Positions 32,180 to 43,755 of a stretch of DNA of 64,000 nt are shown here, in pieces. The stretch spans positions 4,512,001-4,576,000 of the forward strand of contig CAVWLP010000002.1 in the NCBI GenBank assembly GCA_963755915.1, in the 5' to 3' direction. The DNA comes from an uncultured Phycisphaerales bacterium. Its GTDB lineage: Bacteria; Planctomycetota; Phycisphaerae; Tepidisphaerales; Tepidisphaeraceae. Below the pieces are notes generated by a model. The model had not been told where the DNA came from, did no database searches, and saw only the letters and a list, made by a program, of their open reading frames with translations. How positions within the stretch are numbered: position 1 is the first letter of the stretch; every line of letters starts with the position of its first letter. Position numbers and translations under genes: made by a program.

Positions 32180-33016
32180 TTATGGATTCGAATCCGGCAT
32201 TGTCGCCGGCCCGCGAGGCATGTCGGCGTGGAAGGTGAATTCGGTCCCGCCCGTCAGTTGCGTGGCTTCGCCTGGCGCCGTGGAGTATTTGCTCGAGCCC
32301 GTCTGGTCGCTCTTGACGATCATGCCGGCGGCGATGTCGACCAGCAGGGTGAGGCTGGAGCTGACGTCTTCCTCGATGTGGCCGGTCTCGTGATAGGCGG
32401 TGGCGACGGAGGCCGATATCTGTGCCATTTGCCGGCCGTTGATGGTTTTCACCCAATCGAGCCGGCCGATGGCCATCAGTTTGTCCGTTGGCCCCAGGTC
32501 GGAATGCTTGGCGACCTTGTCGCTGCAGTCGAAAGTCTGCCCGACGGCAATCGGATGGTCGGGATAGAAATCCTCGTCGGGGGTCATGAAATTGTCGAGG
32601 AGATTGGAGTCGTCGTCGCCGGCGCTGCCGCTGAAATCGTCGCTGAAGGTTTCATCGGGATGGCGCGAGAGGATGATCGCTTTTCCCGCGTAGGGGCAGG
32701 GAGTTTTCTTAATGGCGCCGCCATTGTCGGCCGAACCGTCGAAGCTGGCGGGGTCGATCTCGGCCTTGGAGCGAAGTGAAGAGCCGTTTTTCTGGTCCAG
32801 AACTGTCAGGGTGACGGTCCAATCTTCGATGGTGTCGGTGTTGAGATTCGTCTGTACGCCGCCGGTGGTGGAGTTGGTCTTCGATTTGTCGTCAGAAACG
32901 ACGTGGAACGTGCTGACCTCACCGACGTGCAGGTTTTCGTGGATGCTGTAGGTTTCGTCCGCAAAAGCCGTGGCGCAGAGAACGATTGTCAGGACGGAAA
33001 TCAGGATGGCCCGCAT
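32180..33016 (-). CDS. Hypothetical secreted beta-rich protein
   Basis: Signal peptide ending AFA; long ORF. Confidence 0.75.
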   Translation of the reverse strand: MRAILISVLTIVLCATAFADETYSIHENLHVGEVSTFHVVSDDKSKTNSTTGGVQTNLNTDTIEDWTVTLTVLDQKNGSSLRSKAEIDPASFDGSADNGGAIKKTPCPYAGKAIILSRHPDETFSDDFSGSAGDDDSNLLDNFMTPDEDFYPDHPIAVGQTFDCSDKVAKHSDLGPTDKLMAIGRLDWVKTINGRQMAQISASVATAYHETGHIEEDVSSSLTLLVDIAAGMIVKSDQTGSSKYSTAPGEATQLTGGTEFTFHADMPRGPATMPDSNP

Positions 33017-33082
33017 GACGGCGAGCATACCGGAAGCCGGTGAAAGTTTCGAGATGCAGCAAACTACAGAGCGCTGCCTGCG

Positions 33083-33652
33083 CTATTTCGCCTGAATCAT
33101 ATCCGCGAGCTGGTCGTGATATGCCCCCAGATTGGAGGCGAGCCTGGTGAGGAAATCCTTGCGCTGGGGATCATCTTCAATCTGCACCAGCGCGGTGCAC
33201 AGCAACTGGCCGTAGCGCGTGGCCTGGAGCTGGGTGAGGATCAGGCGAAGCTGAAATGTCTTTCCGCTGGAAAACAGCAGTTCCTTTTCGTCGGTTTTGG
33301 ATTCCAGATCGCGGGTCTCCTGCTCCATCCGTGGCAGATCGGGAACATTGAACTCGGAGCGGCCGTCCTGCTTCTGGTAGTCGTCCAACTGCGTTTTGGC
33401 GTCGGAGCAGGTCGAGGCAATCTGTTTGATGAGCTGCTTCACCGGGTCATCGACGCTCTTGACGACGAGGATCTTGTCGACGTCGCCCTCGTCGCTCATG
33501 AGGCGATAGAGGATGCTGTATCCCTGGTATCGTGCGTGAATAAGACCGCCATCAGACGCGGGTGAGGCCGGCCCTGTGGTGGGCGTTTGGTGTGACGCGC
33601 AACCGACGAGGCCAATCGCTACGAGGCTGAGGAGGGCTGCGCAAATCTTCAT
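33083..33652 (-). CDS. Hypothetical lipoprotein
   Basis: MKICAALLSLVAIGLVGC lipobox. Confidence 0.75.
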   Translation of the reverse strand: MKICAALLSLVAIGLVGCASHQTPTTGPASPASDGGLIHARYQGYSILYRLMSDEGDVDKILVVKSVDDPVKQLIKQIASTCSDAKTQLDDYQKQDGRSEFNVPDLPRMEQETRDLESKTDEKELLFSSGKTFQLRLILTQLQATRYGQLLCTALVQIEDDPQRKDFLTRLASNLGAYHDQLADMIQAK

Positions 33653-33723
33653 CTTTTCCTGACAGGAGGAAGAATAGCAGAAAACCATGCGTGGCCGCAT
33701 CGGCAAAAATCTGAAGGGGCCGG

Positions 33724-35642
33724 CTACGACGATTTAACCGGTAAGACCGCGGGCGTCTCGGCCGTGCGACCCGCGACGGAGGCGACCGTCGCCAGCAATT
33801 CGGACGCCTCGACCGGCTTGGACACGTGAACCTGATATCCGGCCATCAGGGCGCGGGTGCGGTCTTCTGAGCGCGCGAACGCGGTCAGCGCGATGGCCGG
33901 CGTTTTGCCCCCCTCTTCGGGGGGCATCGATCGAACCTGCTTGAGAAATTCATACCCATCGATTTCGGGCATTCCGATATCGCTCACCAGAACGTCCGGT
34001 TTCTGCGATTGAAGGATCGGCATGGCCTCGGCCGCCGAACCGGCGGTGATTACGCTGGCGTTGCATCCTTCGAGCATCCGCTTGATGAGGTCGCGGGCAT
34101 CCTGTTCGTCGTCGACGACCAGGATTTTCAGGCCCTGGAGCGTCATGCGCGAGGCGTTGAGGGCATCCATCGCGACGGACGTGCGTGTGAATTCGCCGTC
34201 GCCCTTGTCGAGGTCTCCGCGGAGGACGTAGAGGGGAAGCGTGACGCGGAAGGAGGCGCCGTGGCCTTCGCCCTCGCTGTTGGCGCTGATTTCGCCGCCT
34301 TGAAGATCGACCAGTTGTTTGGTAATGGCCAAACCGATTCCCAGGCCGCCGTGGCGCCGGGTGGTGGACGGATCGGCCTGACGAAAGCGATCGAAAAGAT
34401 AAGGCATGAACTGCGCCGCGATGCCCTGGCCGTTGTCGGCGACGGAAAGCTCCACGTGCGAATTCACGCGGGCAAGCTGAACCTGAATTCGCCCGCCCTT
34501 GGGGGTGAACTTGATGGCGTTTGAAAGCAGGTTCCAGACGATCTGCTGAAGGCGGCCGGGATCGGCCGCCACGGGGCCGGCGTTGGGATCGAGGATCTGT
34601 TCGAGGTTGATCCCCTTGGCCTGGGCGGCGGGCCGGATCGATTCGGTCGCGGCTTCGATGATTTTCGAGGGCATCACCCGCTGAATGTCGAGGCGGAGTT
34701 TGCCGGAGATGATCCGGCTCATGTCCAGCAGGTCTTCGATGAGCCGGGTCTGGAGGCGGGCGTTTCGCTCGATGGTCGCCAGGCCCTGCTCCAGGTCTTT
34801 CTCATCGTAGCCGGCCTTGAGAAGCTGCGACCAACCGACGATGGCGTTCAGCGGCGTGCGCAGCTCATGGGAAAGCGTGGCCAGAAATTCGTCCTTCATG
34901 CGGTTGGCGTGTTCGGCGGCGCTGCGGGCGGCGCGCTCGCTGGCGAGGAGGCGGGATTTTTCGTCTTCGGCGCGTTTTCGCTCGGAAATGTCGCGGAGGA
35001 TGATCTGCACGCCGCGCCCACCATGCCACGACGCGGCGCCGGCGAGCGATTCGACGGGAATGGTGCTGCCGTCCATGCACAGCCAATCCTCGTAGACTGC
35101 TGGCACGCTCCCGCCCTCCTCAAGCAGACGATTCATTCGCGCCTGCGCGCCGCGCGGCTTCGGGGCGAAATAAAATCGACTGGTGAGCGGCCCAGCATGT
35201 CTTCCACGCCCCTGCCGCCGAACATTTTCACCGCGGCCTTATTGACGAAAGCGATCTTTCCATCGGCGATGACAAACTTCGCGTCTGGGCTCAGATCGAA
35301 CAGCAGGCGATAGCGCCCCTCGCTCTCATCGCGTTCGGCGGCGCTTTTGACGGCGGCCTGGCGGCTCATACGCTCGGCCCAGGCGACCCGGCGAATGGCA
35401 AACATCGCGATCAGCAGCAGCAGGGAAATCGTCGTCGCGATGTACGGGCTCAGATGTTCGCGGTTTTGAATCGGGACTTTCAGGGCGAGGAGGCGACCGC
35501 CAAACATCACCAGCAGCGCCGCCGCCAACACGAGCCACGGCCGCCGGTCGTTGACCTCGCGCGACATGCGGATGGCAAACAAGATTGCCGCGAGTTGAAG
35601 GACCGCTGATATGCTGTAAAGGATGGTGTCAACCCGATCCAT
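33724..35642 (-). CDS. Hybrid sensor kinase, TM-PAS-HisKA-HATPase-REC (frameshift near 35140)
   Basis: FLATLSHELRTPL, NLLSNAIKFT, HGGLGIGL, PDVLVSDIGMP; PAS fragment in ORF 35133..35693. Confidence 0.92.
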
Positions 35643-35794
35643 CTGTGGCGATATCTTAGCGATTTGCGTGGTATTTAAGAAGATGCCAATCACGGGGGGC
35701 CTCGCTCAAATTTGCGGGGCAATAGGCGATTTGTCGCGGTCAGGCGGAATTCTCATTTGGCATTGGCCGCCGCCCTTCCCTACAATCCCCCAAC

Positions 35795-36957
35795 ATGAAG
35801 TATTTTTACGGTGAATTCGACGGGCAGGAGTTTCCCACCCCCGACAAGCTTTTCGGGTTTGATCAGCTTATGCAGTTCATCATGGAGCACGGCGAACAGG
35901 CGCTGAAGGCCATTCAGCAAATGATGAACGACCCGAAAAATGAGGCCCAATCGGATTTGCTGGAGCAATTGCTGAAGGACGGAATGCTCGACAAGGACGG
36001 CCAGGGCAAGCTTCGGCTCACGCCCCGGGCCGTTTCGAAAATGCAGCGCAAGGCCCTGATGGAGGTTTTCGCCAACCTTAAGGATGGGCAGCGCGAGGGA
36101 CATGAACGCGTTACCCCCGGCCTTGGCGGCGAACGTATCGAAGGGACCAAGCCCTATTCCTATGGCGATCCCGTATCCGAACTCGATCTGCATCAGACGC
36201 TTCACAACGCCCTGACCCGCCACGGCCTGCCCGCAAAAACGGGCGGGCAAAGCAAAATCCGGTTCGACGAGAAAGATTTTGAGCTGCATCTGCATGAGGG
36301 GGTGACAAGCTGCTCAACCGTTGTGCTGATCGACATGAGCGGGTCGATGATGCGGTATGGGCGGTTCCTATCCGCCAAGCGGGTGGCGATGGCCATGCAG
36401 GCGCTGGTTCGCGGAAGGTTTCCGCAGGACAGTATCGACTTTGTCGGCTTTTATTCCGGCGCTTCGCGCATTCCGGAAGTGATGCTGCCGCTGACGATGC
36501 CCAAACCCGTGACGATTTACGACTACCAGGTTCGGCTGAAGGTGCCGCTCGCTCAGCTCGACAAGCGCCGCAACATTTCACGAACCTGCACATGGGGCTC
36601 CAGCTTGCCCGGCGGATTCTGCGGAAGCGCTCCAGCGAGAACAAGCAGATCTTCATCATCACGGATGGCCAGCCGACGGCACACGTGGAGGGAGACTTCG
36701 CCTGGCTACTTTATCCGCCCGATCCGCGGAGCACCGTGGCGACGCTGAAGGAAGCCGTCACGGCCGTGCGCGAGGGGTGCCGAATCAGCACGTTTGCCCT
36801 TATCGAAGATTACTGGGGCATGGACTGGGTCGGGTTCGTCGATCAGCTCACCAAGCTGACCAAGGGCGTGGCGTTTTACACCAGCAGCGGCGAGCTGGCA
36901 TCGTGCATCATGGAAAGCTATCTCAGCGGGCGAAAGAAAAAACAGTACATTGCATAG
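35795..36957 (+). CDS. VWA (MIDAS) domain protein (frameshift near 36570)
   Basis: IDMSGSM MIDAS motif, IITDGQPTAH. Confidence 0.85.
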
Positions 36958-36960
36958 CCT

Positions 36961-37545
36961 ATGGCACTGAAAATCCTTGGCGTCAGCGGCAGCCTTCGAT
37001 CGCGCTCCACCAGTTTGCGGGCGCTGACCGTTTTGCTCGACCAGGCGAGGGAATTCGGCGCGGAGACCCGGCTGCTGGACCTGCGCCAGGCGGACCTGCC
37101 GATGTACAGCCCCGACGCCGAGCCGGATGCGCATGTGACACGGATACTGGGGGATGTGACCTGGGCGGAGGCATTTTTGCTGGCCACGCCGGACTATCAC
37201 GGGGCCATGTCCGGGGCGATGAAGAATTTTCTGGATTACCACTGGTCGGAATTCAGCGGGAAGCTTTTCGGATATGTGTGCGCCTCGCACGAAAAGGGAT
37301 TGACGGTGATGGAGGGAATGCGGGTGGCCGTTCGGCAGTGCTACGGCTGGAGCCTTCCCTACGGGCTGGCCATCGACGGCAAGCACGACCTTGACGAAGA
37401 GGGGCGGATTAAGAGTCCCGCGCTACAGTCCCGCTTGCGGATGATGGCTCGGGACACGGTGATCTATGGGACGATGCTTTACACGCAGTTCCTCGAGGAT
37501 GTCGCCAGGAATGTGCCGGAGTCGTTTGCGGCGAGGTACGGCTAG
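36961..37545 (+). CDS. NADPH-dependent FMN reductase
   Basis: GVSGSLRSRS, TPDYHGAMSGAMKNFLD. Confidence 0.9.
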   Translation: MALKILGVSGSLRSRSTSLRALTVLLDQAREFGAETRLLDLRQADLPMYSPDAEPDAHVTRILGDVTWAEAFLLATPDYHGAMSGAMKNFLDYHWSEFSGKLFGYVCASHEKGLTVMEGMRVAVRQCYGWSLPYGLAIDGKHDLDEEGRIKSPALQSRLRMMARDTVIYGTMLYTQFLEDVARNVPESFAARYG

Positions 37546-37587
37546 CTAGCTTGACGAACCCTAACTCCATCCCTTCCAATTATTTTC

Positions 37588-38451
37588 ATGAACGTCAGCG
37601 CTGCCGAGGTCATTGAAACCTTTGACACTGCGGCCGAGGAAAACAAGCTTTCCTCGCTGCGGCAGGAGCAGACCGTCAATCTCCCTGCCACGGGGGAAGT
37701 CTGGATGACGGGGGACATACACGACCACCGCACCAACTTCGCCAAGCTGCTTCGCGTGGCCGATCTGGGGAACAATCCGCAGCGGCATCTGGTGCTCCAC
37801 GAGCTGATCCACGGCGACCATTACGACGCCGCCGGCGCCGAAGACAGTTGGCATACCCTCTACCAGGCGGCGGCGCTCAAATGCTCCTTCGCGTCGCAGG
37901 TGCATTTCATGCTCGCCAATCACGACCTGGCGCAGATTCAGGGGGAGGGAATCATGAAGGCCGGCTTCAGCGTTTGCGAGGCATTTATCGCCGGCGTGAA
38001 GCGCGATTTCGCAGAACATACGGACGCGGTGAATTTTTCCATCAGTGAGTTTCTTCTCTCGCTGCCGCTGGCGATTCGCTGTCCGCAGGGGCTGTTTTTC
38101 TGTCACAGCCTTCCCACCGATTCGCAGATCGACAGTTTTGATTTCACGATTTTCGACCGTGCGCTCAATGGCCGCGATTACCAGCGGCGGGTAGGGCCGG
38201 TTTATCAGCTCATCTGGGGAAGGAACATGACGCCCGCTACGGTGGCGAAATTTGCCGGGAAGGTGGATACAAAGATTCTCATCACCGGGCATCAGCCGCA
38301 GGAATCGGGGTATGCGACCAATGGCGATCAGCATCTGATTTTGGCGTCGGATCATAATCAAGGGGTATTTTTGCCGATCGATTTGAGCAGGCCGTATCAG
38401 ATGCCCGAACTGCTGGAGGCGATTCAGAAGTTCGTGGCGATCGACGCCTGA
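37588..38451 (+). CDS. Metallophosphoesterase
   Basis: GDIHDH, LANHD, ITGHQP. Confidence 0.8.
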   Translation: MNVSAAEVIETFDTAAEENKLSSLRQEQTVNLPATGEVWMTGDIHDHRTNFAKLLRVADLGNNPQRHLVLHELIHGDHYDAAGAEDSWHTLYQAAALKCSFASQVHFMLANHDLAQIQGEGIMKAGFSVCEAFIAGVKRDFAEHTDAVNFSISEFLLSLPLAIRCPQGLFFCHSLPTDSQIDSFDFTIFDRALNGRDYQRRVGPVYQLIWGRNMTPATVAKFAGKVDTKILITGHQPQESGYATNGDQHLILASDHNQGVFLPIDLSRPYQMPELLEAIQKFVAIDA

Positions 38452-38487
38452 GTGCGGAAGAGCCGCGTAGCGCGGTACAACATATCA

Positions 38488-40347
38488 ATGGCGGAGACAT
38501 TGGCGCGACCCGTGATGCTCTTCGACGGCCGCTGCACGTTTTGCCGGCGGTGGACGGAACGATGGAAGGCGCACGTTGGGGAGGCGGTTGATTTTCAGCC
38601 GTCGCAACTGGCCGGCCCCAGATTCCCGCAGATCGATCCCGCGGGATTCGCAAAGGCGGTCTATCTCGCCGAGCCCGATGGCAGGATTTCGCACGGCGCG
38701 GAGGCGGTTTTCCGCGCGCTGGCGGTGTCGGGAAAATATCGCTGGCTCCGGGCGGCGTACCAGTTTTTTCCCGGGTTCGCGCCGCTTTCCGAGGCGTGTT
38801 ACCGCGTCGTCGCATCGCACCGGGATTTGTTCGACTGGCTCGATATGCGACTGATCGGGCCGGGAATCGAACCGGCAAGTTACCGGCTCACCCGGCAGAT
38901 TTTTCTGCGGTTGCTGGGGGTGGTTTATTTCATCGCGTTTGTCTCGCTTTGGGTACAGATTGATGGATTGATCGGGAGCCATGGAATTCTCCCGGTGCGG
39001 GAGTTCCTCCCCACGGATTATCAGGCCTTCGGCCGACAGGGATTTTGGGGGTATCCAACCCTTTGCTGGTTCAGCCAGAGCGATGCGATGCTCCATTGGC
39101 TCTGTGGAGGAGGCGCGGCGCTGGCAGTGATGGTGGTCATGGGAATCGCGCAGTTGCCGGCATTGATACTGCTTTTCGTCTGCTACCTTTCCCTCATGAC
39201 CGTCGGCCAGGATTTCCTGGGATATCAGTGGGACTCCCTGCTGCTGGAGACGGGATTCCTCGCGATATTTTTCGCGCCCCTACGCCTGTGGCCTTCGCGC
39301 CGGCCGGGGACCGAGCCTTCTTGGGTGGTGCGCTGGCTTTTGCGTTGGCTGCTCTTTCGCCTGATGTTCATGTCGGGCGCGGTGAAGCTTTCCAGCGGCG
39401 ACGTGGCGTGGCGATCGTTTGCCGCCCTGCGATATCACTACATGACCCAGCCGCTGCCGAACTGGGTGAGCTGGTATTTCGCCCAGGCGCCCAATTGGTT
39501 TCAGGCATTCTCATGCGGCGTGGTATTTCTCGCCGAACTCGTCGTCCCCTTCCTGATATTCACCCCGCGGCGATTGCGCATCCTGGCCTTCTGGATGCTG
39601 GTCCTTTTTCAGTCGCTGATCACGCTCACGGGGAACTATGGCTTCTTCAATATCCTCGCAATCGCGCTCTGCTGTTTGCTGCCGGATGATGCGTTCTGGC
39701 GCTGGGTTTTGCATCGCAAGAAGCCGACCACAGCACCCAAGCCATCGCCTCGATGGCGGAAATGGATCACAGCGCCGCTCGCGGCCGTCTATCTTGCGGC
39801 AAGCCTGCCGGTCGGTATCAGCGCGTTTCGCGTTGAGCTTCCCTGGCCGTCGTTCGTAGAATATCTGGATGCGGTGCTTGGGCGGTTCTGCATCGTCAAC
39901 AGCTACGGCCTGTTTGCCGTGATGACCACAACGCGACCCGAACTTATCATCGAAGGCAGCGTTGATGGCGTAAATTGGAAGCCCTACGAGTTTAAATGGA
40001 AAATGGGCGATCTGGCTCGCCGGCCGGCATTTGCGACGCCACACATGCCCCGGCTCGATTGGCAGCTTTGGTTTGCCGCCCTCTATGCACAGGCAGGAGA
40101 CACGTCGAATAATCAGTGGCTGGCAGCGTTCATGCAGCGGCTGCTGGAGAATTCTCCACCGGTGATCGGCTTATTGAAGACCAATCCCTTTCCCGACCAG
40201 CCGCCCAGGTTTGTGCGGGCACTGTTGTTTGATTACAAATTCACGGACTTTCAGGAGCGAGGAAAGACGGGCAACTGGTGGAAGCGATCGGAAATCGGCG
40301 AGTATTTCGAGACCTCCAGTTTTCCAAACCAGGGGGCGAATCAATAG
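38488..40347 (+). CDS. DCC1-like thioredoxin domain fused to lipase maturation factor (LMF1) family domain
   Basis: FDGRCTFC; QWDSLLLETGFL, HYMTQPLP, GNYGFFN, NSYGLFAVMT, PHMPRLDWQLWF. Confidence 0.9.
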   Translation: MAETLARPVMLFDGRCTFCRRWTERWKAHVGEAVDFQPSQLAGPRFPQIDPAGFAKAVYLAEPDGRISHGAEAVFRALAVSGKYRWLRAAYQFFPGFAPLSEACYRVVASHRDLFDWLDMRLIGPGIEPASYRLTRQIFLRLLGVVYFIAFVSLWVQIDGLIGSHGILPVREFLPTDYQAFGRQGFWGYPTLCWFSQSDAMLHWLCGGGAALAVMVVMGIAQLPALILLFVCYLSLMTVGQDFLGYQWDSLLLETGFLAIFFAPLRLWPSRRPGTEPSWVVRWLLRWLLFRLMFMSGAVKLSSGDVAWRSFAALRYHYMTQPLPNWVSWYFAQAPNWFQAFSCGVVFLAELVVPFLIFTPRRLRILAFWMLVLFQSLITLTGNYGFFNILAIALCCLLPDDAFWRWVLHRKKPTTAPKPSPRWRKWITAPLAAVYLAASLPVGISAFRVELPWPSFVEYLDAVLGRFCIVNSYGLFAVMTTTRPELIIEGSVDGVNWKPYEFKWKMGDLARRPAFATPHMPRLDWQLWFAALYAQAGDTSNNQWLAAFMQRLLENSPPVIGLLKTNPFPDQPPRFVRALLFDYKFTDFQERGKTGNWWKRSEIGEYFETSSFPNQGANQ

Positions 40348-40359
40348 CGGGAGGACGCT

Positions 40360-42021
40360 ATGCAGGAAATTCTTGAACAGGTTGGGCGAGAGCGCTATCG
40401 CCCCAGCGGGCGCGTGGCGTTGACACGATTCTTTCCGCTGGTTCTCTGTACCACGATCCTGGCGCTGGGGCTGGCATTCCTGATGGATTGGCTCTTCACC
40501 CGAGGATGGTACCTGATTGTTATCGTGCCCCTCTTCGCGGCATTTTTCATGGTCGTCAACATCTGGCTCGCAGTCAGATGGGGCAAATGTCGTGCGCCGG
40601 GACTGGCGGCATTTTTTGGGCTGGTCATGGGCATCCTCCTTTACGGGGGGCAATACTATTTCGGCATGCTGGGACTCATCGGCTACGACAACTGGACCCG
40701 CGTCGACCTGCTGCCGCGATATATCTCGATGCGAATCCACAGCGACACCACGCACGACATGGACATGCCCGATCAAAAAAACTCGCCCAGCGTTTTCATG
40801 AATGGTTTCGCGTTTGTACTGGAAAGCGGGGCTGTTTTGCTCCTCTGCACCCTCGGCGGATATCGCGCTGCCCAGCAGGCGTATTGCGAAACGTGCGGCG
40901 CCTGGAAACGCCGCGCCACGGCCGTCTTCGCACCCGGCAATCAAAAGAATATCTACGAATGGCTCAACAACGGCGAGATTGCAAATCTCAGAACCCTGCC
41001 GCTCTATTCACCCATCGGTAAAAAACGTATCGCGACCGTCGTCCAGGCGGAACGGTGCGCCGCCGGCGCCCAAACCTGTGTAACCTATCTTTCGGCGAAG
41101 AACATGAGTGCCAGCACCGGCGGAGGAATTCACAACGCAGTCCAGTTGACCGGGGTTCCCCATTTACAGATCAGCGAGCCGGAATGGGTGATGATTCAGC
41201 CGCTTTTTCCGAAGCTGGCGGGGAATTTAACTGTCGAGGGCGCGCCGGCGCAATTTACCCCGGCCACCGCCGGGCCTTCAGCGATGCCGGCCATAAATCG
41301 CGGCGCGCTCATCGAAGTCCAGCCGATTCCCGCTGCCGACGCCCACAAGGTCTTGACCAAAGCCGGAATTGCGATGGGAAACCTGGCCGCGCTCTCGGTG
41401 CTGGTGGTCTTCATCGGCTCCATCGTCGGAATGGCGGCCCCGATGATTATGGTGTTTAACGCCGTTTCAAATTCCCATCATGTGAACCCGATCATCGCAG
41501 CTTTGGCGGTGCTTGTTTCGCTGGCCTTCTTTGTTCTCTTTTGCCTGAGCATCTACATGGCTCTGAAAAATCCAGGCGTGGTGGGAAACCGCTATTACTG
41601 GTTCCGATCGCGCAGCTCGATCGCGTCGAGACTCAATAAATGGGTCGATCCGCAGCGCCCCGCCGGCTCGGAAACCTATTTCAACGGCATCGTGCCGCGC
41701 GAGCGGTGGGGCAAGCTTGCGATGGAGATGGCCACCGATATCGGCTTCACCGAGATCGACCCGCGCCGCCGCGAGATTCGATTCGAGGGAGACGTGCAGC
41801 GGTTCCGGATTCCGATTTCGGCCATCACCAATTGCCAGATGGTCTGCTATTTCAGCACCGCAGGGTCAAACCAGATCGAATATTGGCTGGTCGTGGTTCA
41901 GGGGAGCACCGCAGGCGGACCATGGGAAGCCCCCATCGCGCCGCGCGTAATAAAATGCTCACCCGCCCCGGCAGCCAGCGAATTCTTGCTCAGCAACTTC
42001 ACGATGAGATTACGGCGCTGA
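40360..42021 (+). CDS. Hypothetical multi-TM protein with a CxxC motif (possible 3' frameshift)
   Basis: GGGAGG RBS; TM segments; YCETCGAW. Confidence 0.7.
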   Translation: MQEILEQVGRERYRPSGRVALTRFFPLVLCTTILALGLAFLMDWLFTRGWYLIVIVPLFAAFFMVVNIWLAVRWGKCRAPGLAAFFGLVMGILLYGGQYYFGMLGLIGYDNWTRVDLLPRYISMRIHSDTTHDMDMPDQKNSPSVFMNGFAFVLESGAVLLLCTLGGYRAAQQAYCETCGAWKRRATAVFAPGNQKNIYEWLNNGEIANLRTLPLYSPIGKKRIATVVQAERCAAGAQTCVTYLSAKNMSASTGGGIHNAVQLTGVPHLQISEPEWVMIQPLFPKLAGNLTVEGAPAQFTPATAGPSAMPAINRGALIEVQPIPAADAHKVLTKAGIAMGNLAALSVLVVFIGSIVGMAAPMIMVFNAVSNSHHVNPIIAALAVLVSLAFFVLFCLSIYMALKNPGVVGNRYYWFRSRSSIASRLNKWVDPQRPAGSETYFNGIVPRERWGKLAMEMATDIGFTEIDPRRREIRFEGDVQRFRIPISAITNCQMVCYFSTAGSNQIEYWLVVVQGSTAGGPWEAPIAPRVIKCSPAPAASEFLLSNFTMRLRR

Positions 42022-42073
42022 TGCCCGCGCCTCCGCCGGATCCAAATCTGCAGTATGAACGGCAGTTAAGAGC

Positions 42074-42871
42074 TTAGGACTGCGCCGGCTTTTTCCCCTG
42101 AATGACGTGCTTGGTTTTCGGATGTTTTGGGCGCACGCCATAGCGAGTTCCTTCGCCCGTCTCCGTCGCCCCTGCGCCTGAGAGAGGAGTCTTCGCCTGG
42201 TTACCGTTCTGGGCGACGTCGCGGTCGTGCGGGCGCCACCAGCGCCGCTTCTGCCCTTCCTTCACGATCGCCACCGCGTCTTCCGGGCGATCGACGATCC
42301 GGAAGATGTCCATATCTTCTGAATCGATGAAATCGGGCAGCCTGTGCCGCATCCACTCGACGAGGCCTGTCCAGTATTCCGTGCCGAAGAGGATGACCGG
42401 GAACGGCTCGATCTTGAGCGTTTGGATCAGCGTCAGTGTTTCAAAGCACTCATCCAGTGTGCCGAACCCGCCGGGGAAGCAGATGAATGCCGACGCGTAT
42501 TTAACGAACATCACCTTGCGGGCATAGAAATAATGGAAATCGAGGCTCACGTTGAGATATTGATTGCTGTCCTGCTCGTGCGGCAGGGAGATATTCAGCC
42601 CCACGCTTTTCCCGCCGGCGTCCATCGCCCCTTTGTTGGCCGCCTCCATGATTCCCGGTCCGCCGCCGGTGATGACGGCGAATTTCGACTTGGCCAGAAG
42701 CCGCCCGGTTTCCTCAGCGGCTTTGTACTGCGAATGCCCGGGCTTCGTGCGAGCGCTGCCGAAAATCGAAACGGCTTTGCCAACCTTGCCCATCGTGTCG
42801 AACCCTTCGACGAACTCCGCCATCATGCGGAAAATCCGCCACCCGTCCTTGCCTTCCTCGTTTCGTATCAC
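42074..42871 (-). CDS. LOG family (TIGR00730) protein
   Basis: VSIFGSAR, ITGGGPGIMEAAN, PGGFGTLDE; GTG start overlaps the thyX stop. Confidence 0.92.
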   Translation of the reverse strand: MIRNEEGKDGWRIFRMMAEFVEGFDTMGKVGKAVSIFGSARTKPGHSQYKAAEETGRLLAKSKFAVITGGGPGIMEAANKGAMDAGGKSVGLNISLPHEQDSNQYLNVSLDFHYFYARKVMFVKYASAFICFPGGFGTLDECFETLTLIQTLKIEPFPVILFGTEYWTGLVEWMRHRLPDFIDSEDMDIFRIVDRPEDAVAIVKEGQKRRWWRPHDRDVAQNGNQAKTPLSGAGATETGEGTRYGVRPKHPKTKHVIQGKKPAQS

Positions 42872-43755
42872 AGTCCAAACTCCTTCTTCTTCGTCTCCCA
42901 CTCCGCGGTTTCCCGCTTGTTTTCCGTCTGAAGCGGCTTGCCCGTTTTCAGCGCCTCGATCTCCAGCCGCGACAAGTGCACCGCCCCAAGCTGATAGTCC
43001 AGAAACGCCTCCGCGGCTATAGGTACGATCGGCTGAATCAGGGCGAACATCGCGGTCGCATAATCGCGAATTTCCTGCTGGGCGTGGGCGTCCATCCGCA
43101 GGGAAAGGAAGTGCAGCACATTATGCAGGTCGCACTTCCAGTACCACTCGGTGTAAACATTCACCGGCAGCGCGATGCGAGCCAGCTCCCGCGAGACCCC
43201 CTTTTCGAGCAATTTCTCGTACTGCTCATAAATCGCCTGCGCTTTGTCCAGGTAGTCGCAGAATTCCCGGGCCGTCATCTCGTCGATGGGTTCTTCGCCC
43301 CCCTGCCGGTTCTGAAGGCTCTGTTTACGGACGTTCTGCATCGTCGGCTTGTAAAACCGGTCCTTCACCACGGAATATCGGGCGGAGTATTCGTTCACGT
43401 TGGCCGTCCGATGCCGAATCCACTGCCGGGCGACGAAGATCGGCATCACGTGGTGGAATTTGAATTCCACCATTTCAAACGGCGTCGTGTGACGATGGCG
43501 AGCCAGATACCGAATCAGACCGCGATCTTCATTGACTTGCTTGGTCCCCTGCCCGTAAGAAACCCGCGCCGCCTGCACGATCGCGAAATCCGCCGTCTTC
43601 CCCGCCGGCACCAGCCGCGGCATCACGTCGCACAGCGCCACCAGCCCGTGATCGTGGACCTTGATCTCCCACCGCGCGGAGCCCGCCATGATGTCCACGA
43701 GCTCGGTCTCCGGCGTTTTCTTATCGATGTGCAGGTTTGAGACGTCTGGGTTCAT
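42868..43755 (-). CDS. thyX: FAD-dependent thymidylate synthase
   Basis: AARVSY, HTTPFE, RQWIRHRTANVNEYSARY, AQQEIR. Confidence 0.96.
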   Translation of the reverse strand: MNPDVSNLHIDKKTPETELVDIMAGSARWEIKVHDHGLVALCDVMPRLVPAGKTADFAIVQAARVSYGQGTKQVNEDRGLIRYLARHRHTTPFEMVEFKFHHVMPIFVARQWIRHRTANVNEYSARYSVVKDRFYKPTMQNVRKQSLQNRQGGEEPIDEMTAREFCDYLDKAQAIYEQYEKLLEKGVSRELARIALPVNVYTEWYWKCDLHNVLHFLSLRMDAHAQQEIRDYATAMFALIQPIVPIAAEAFLDYQLGAVHLSRLEIEALKTGKPLQTENKRETAEWETKKKEFGL

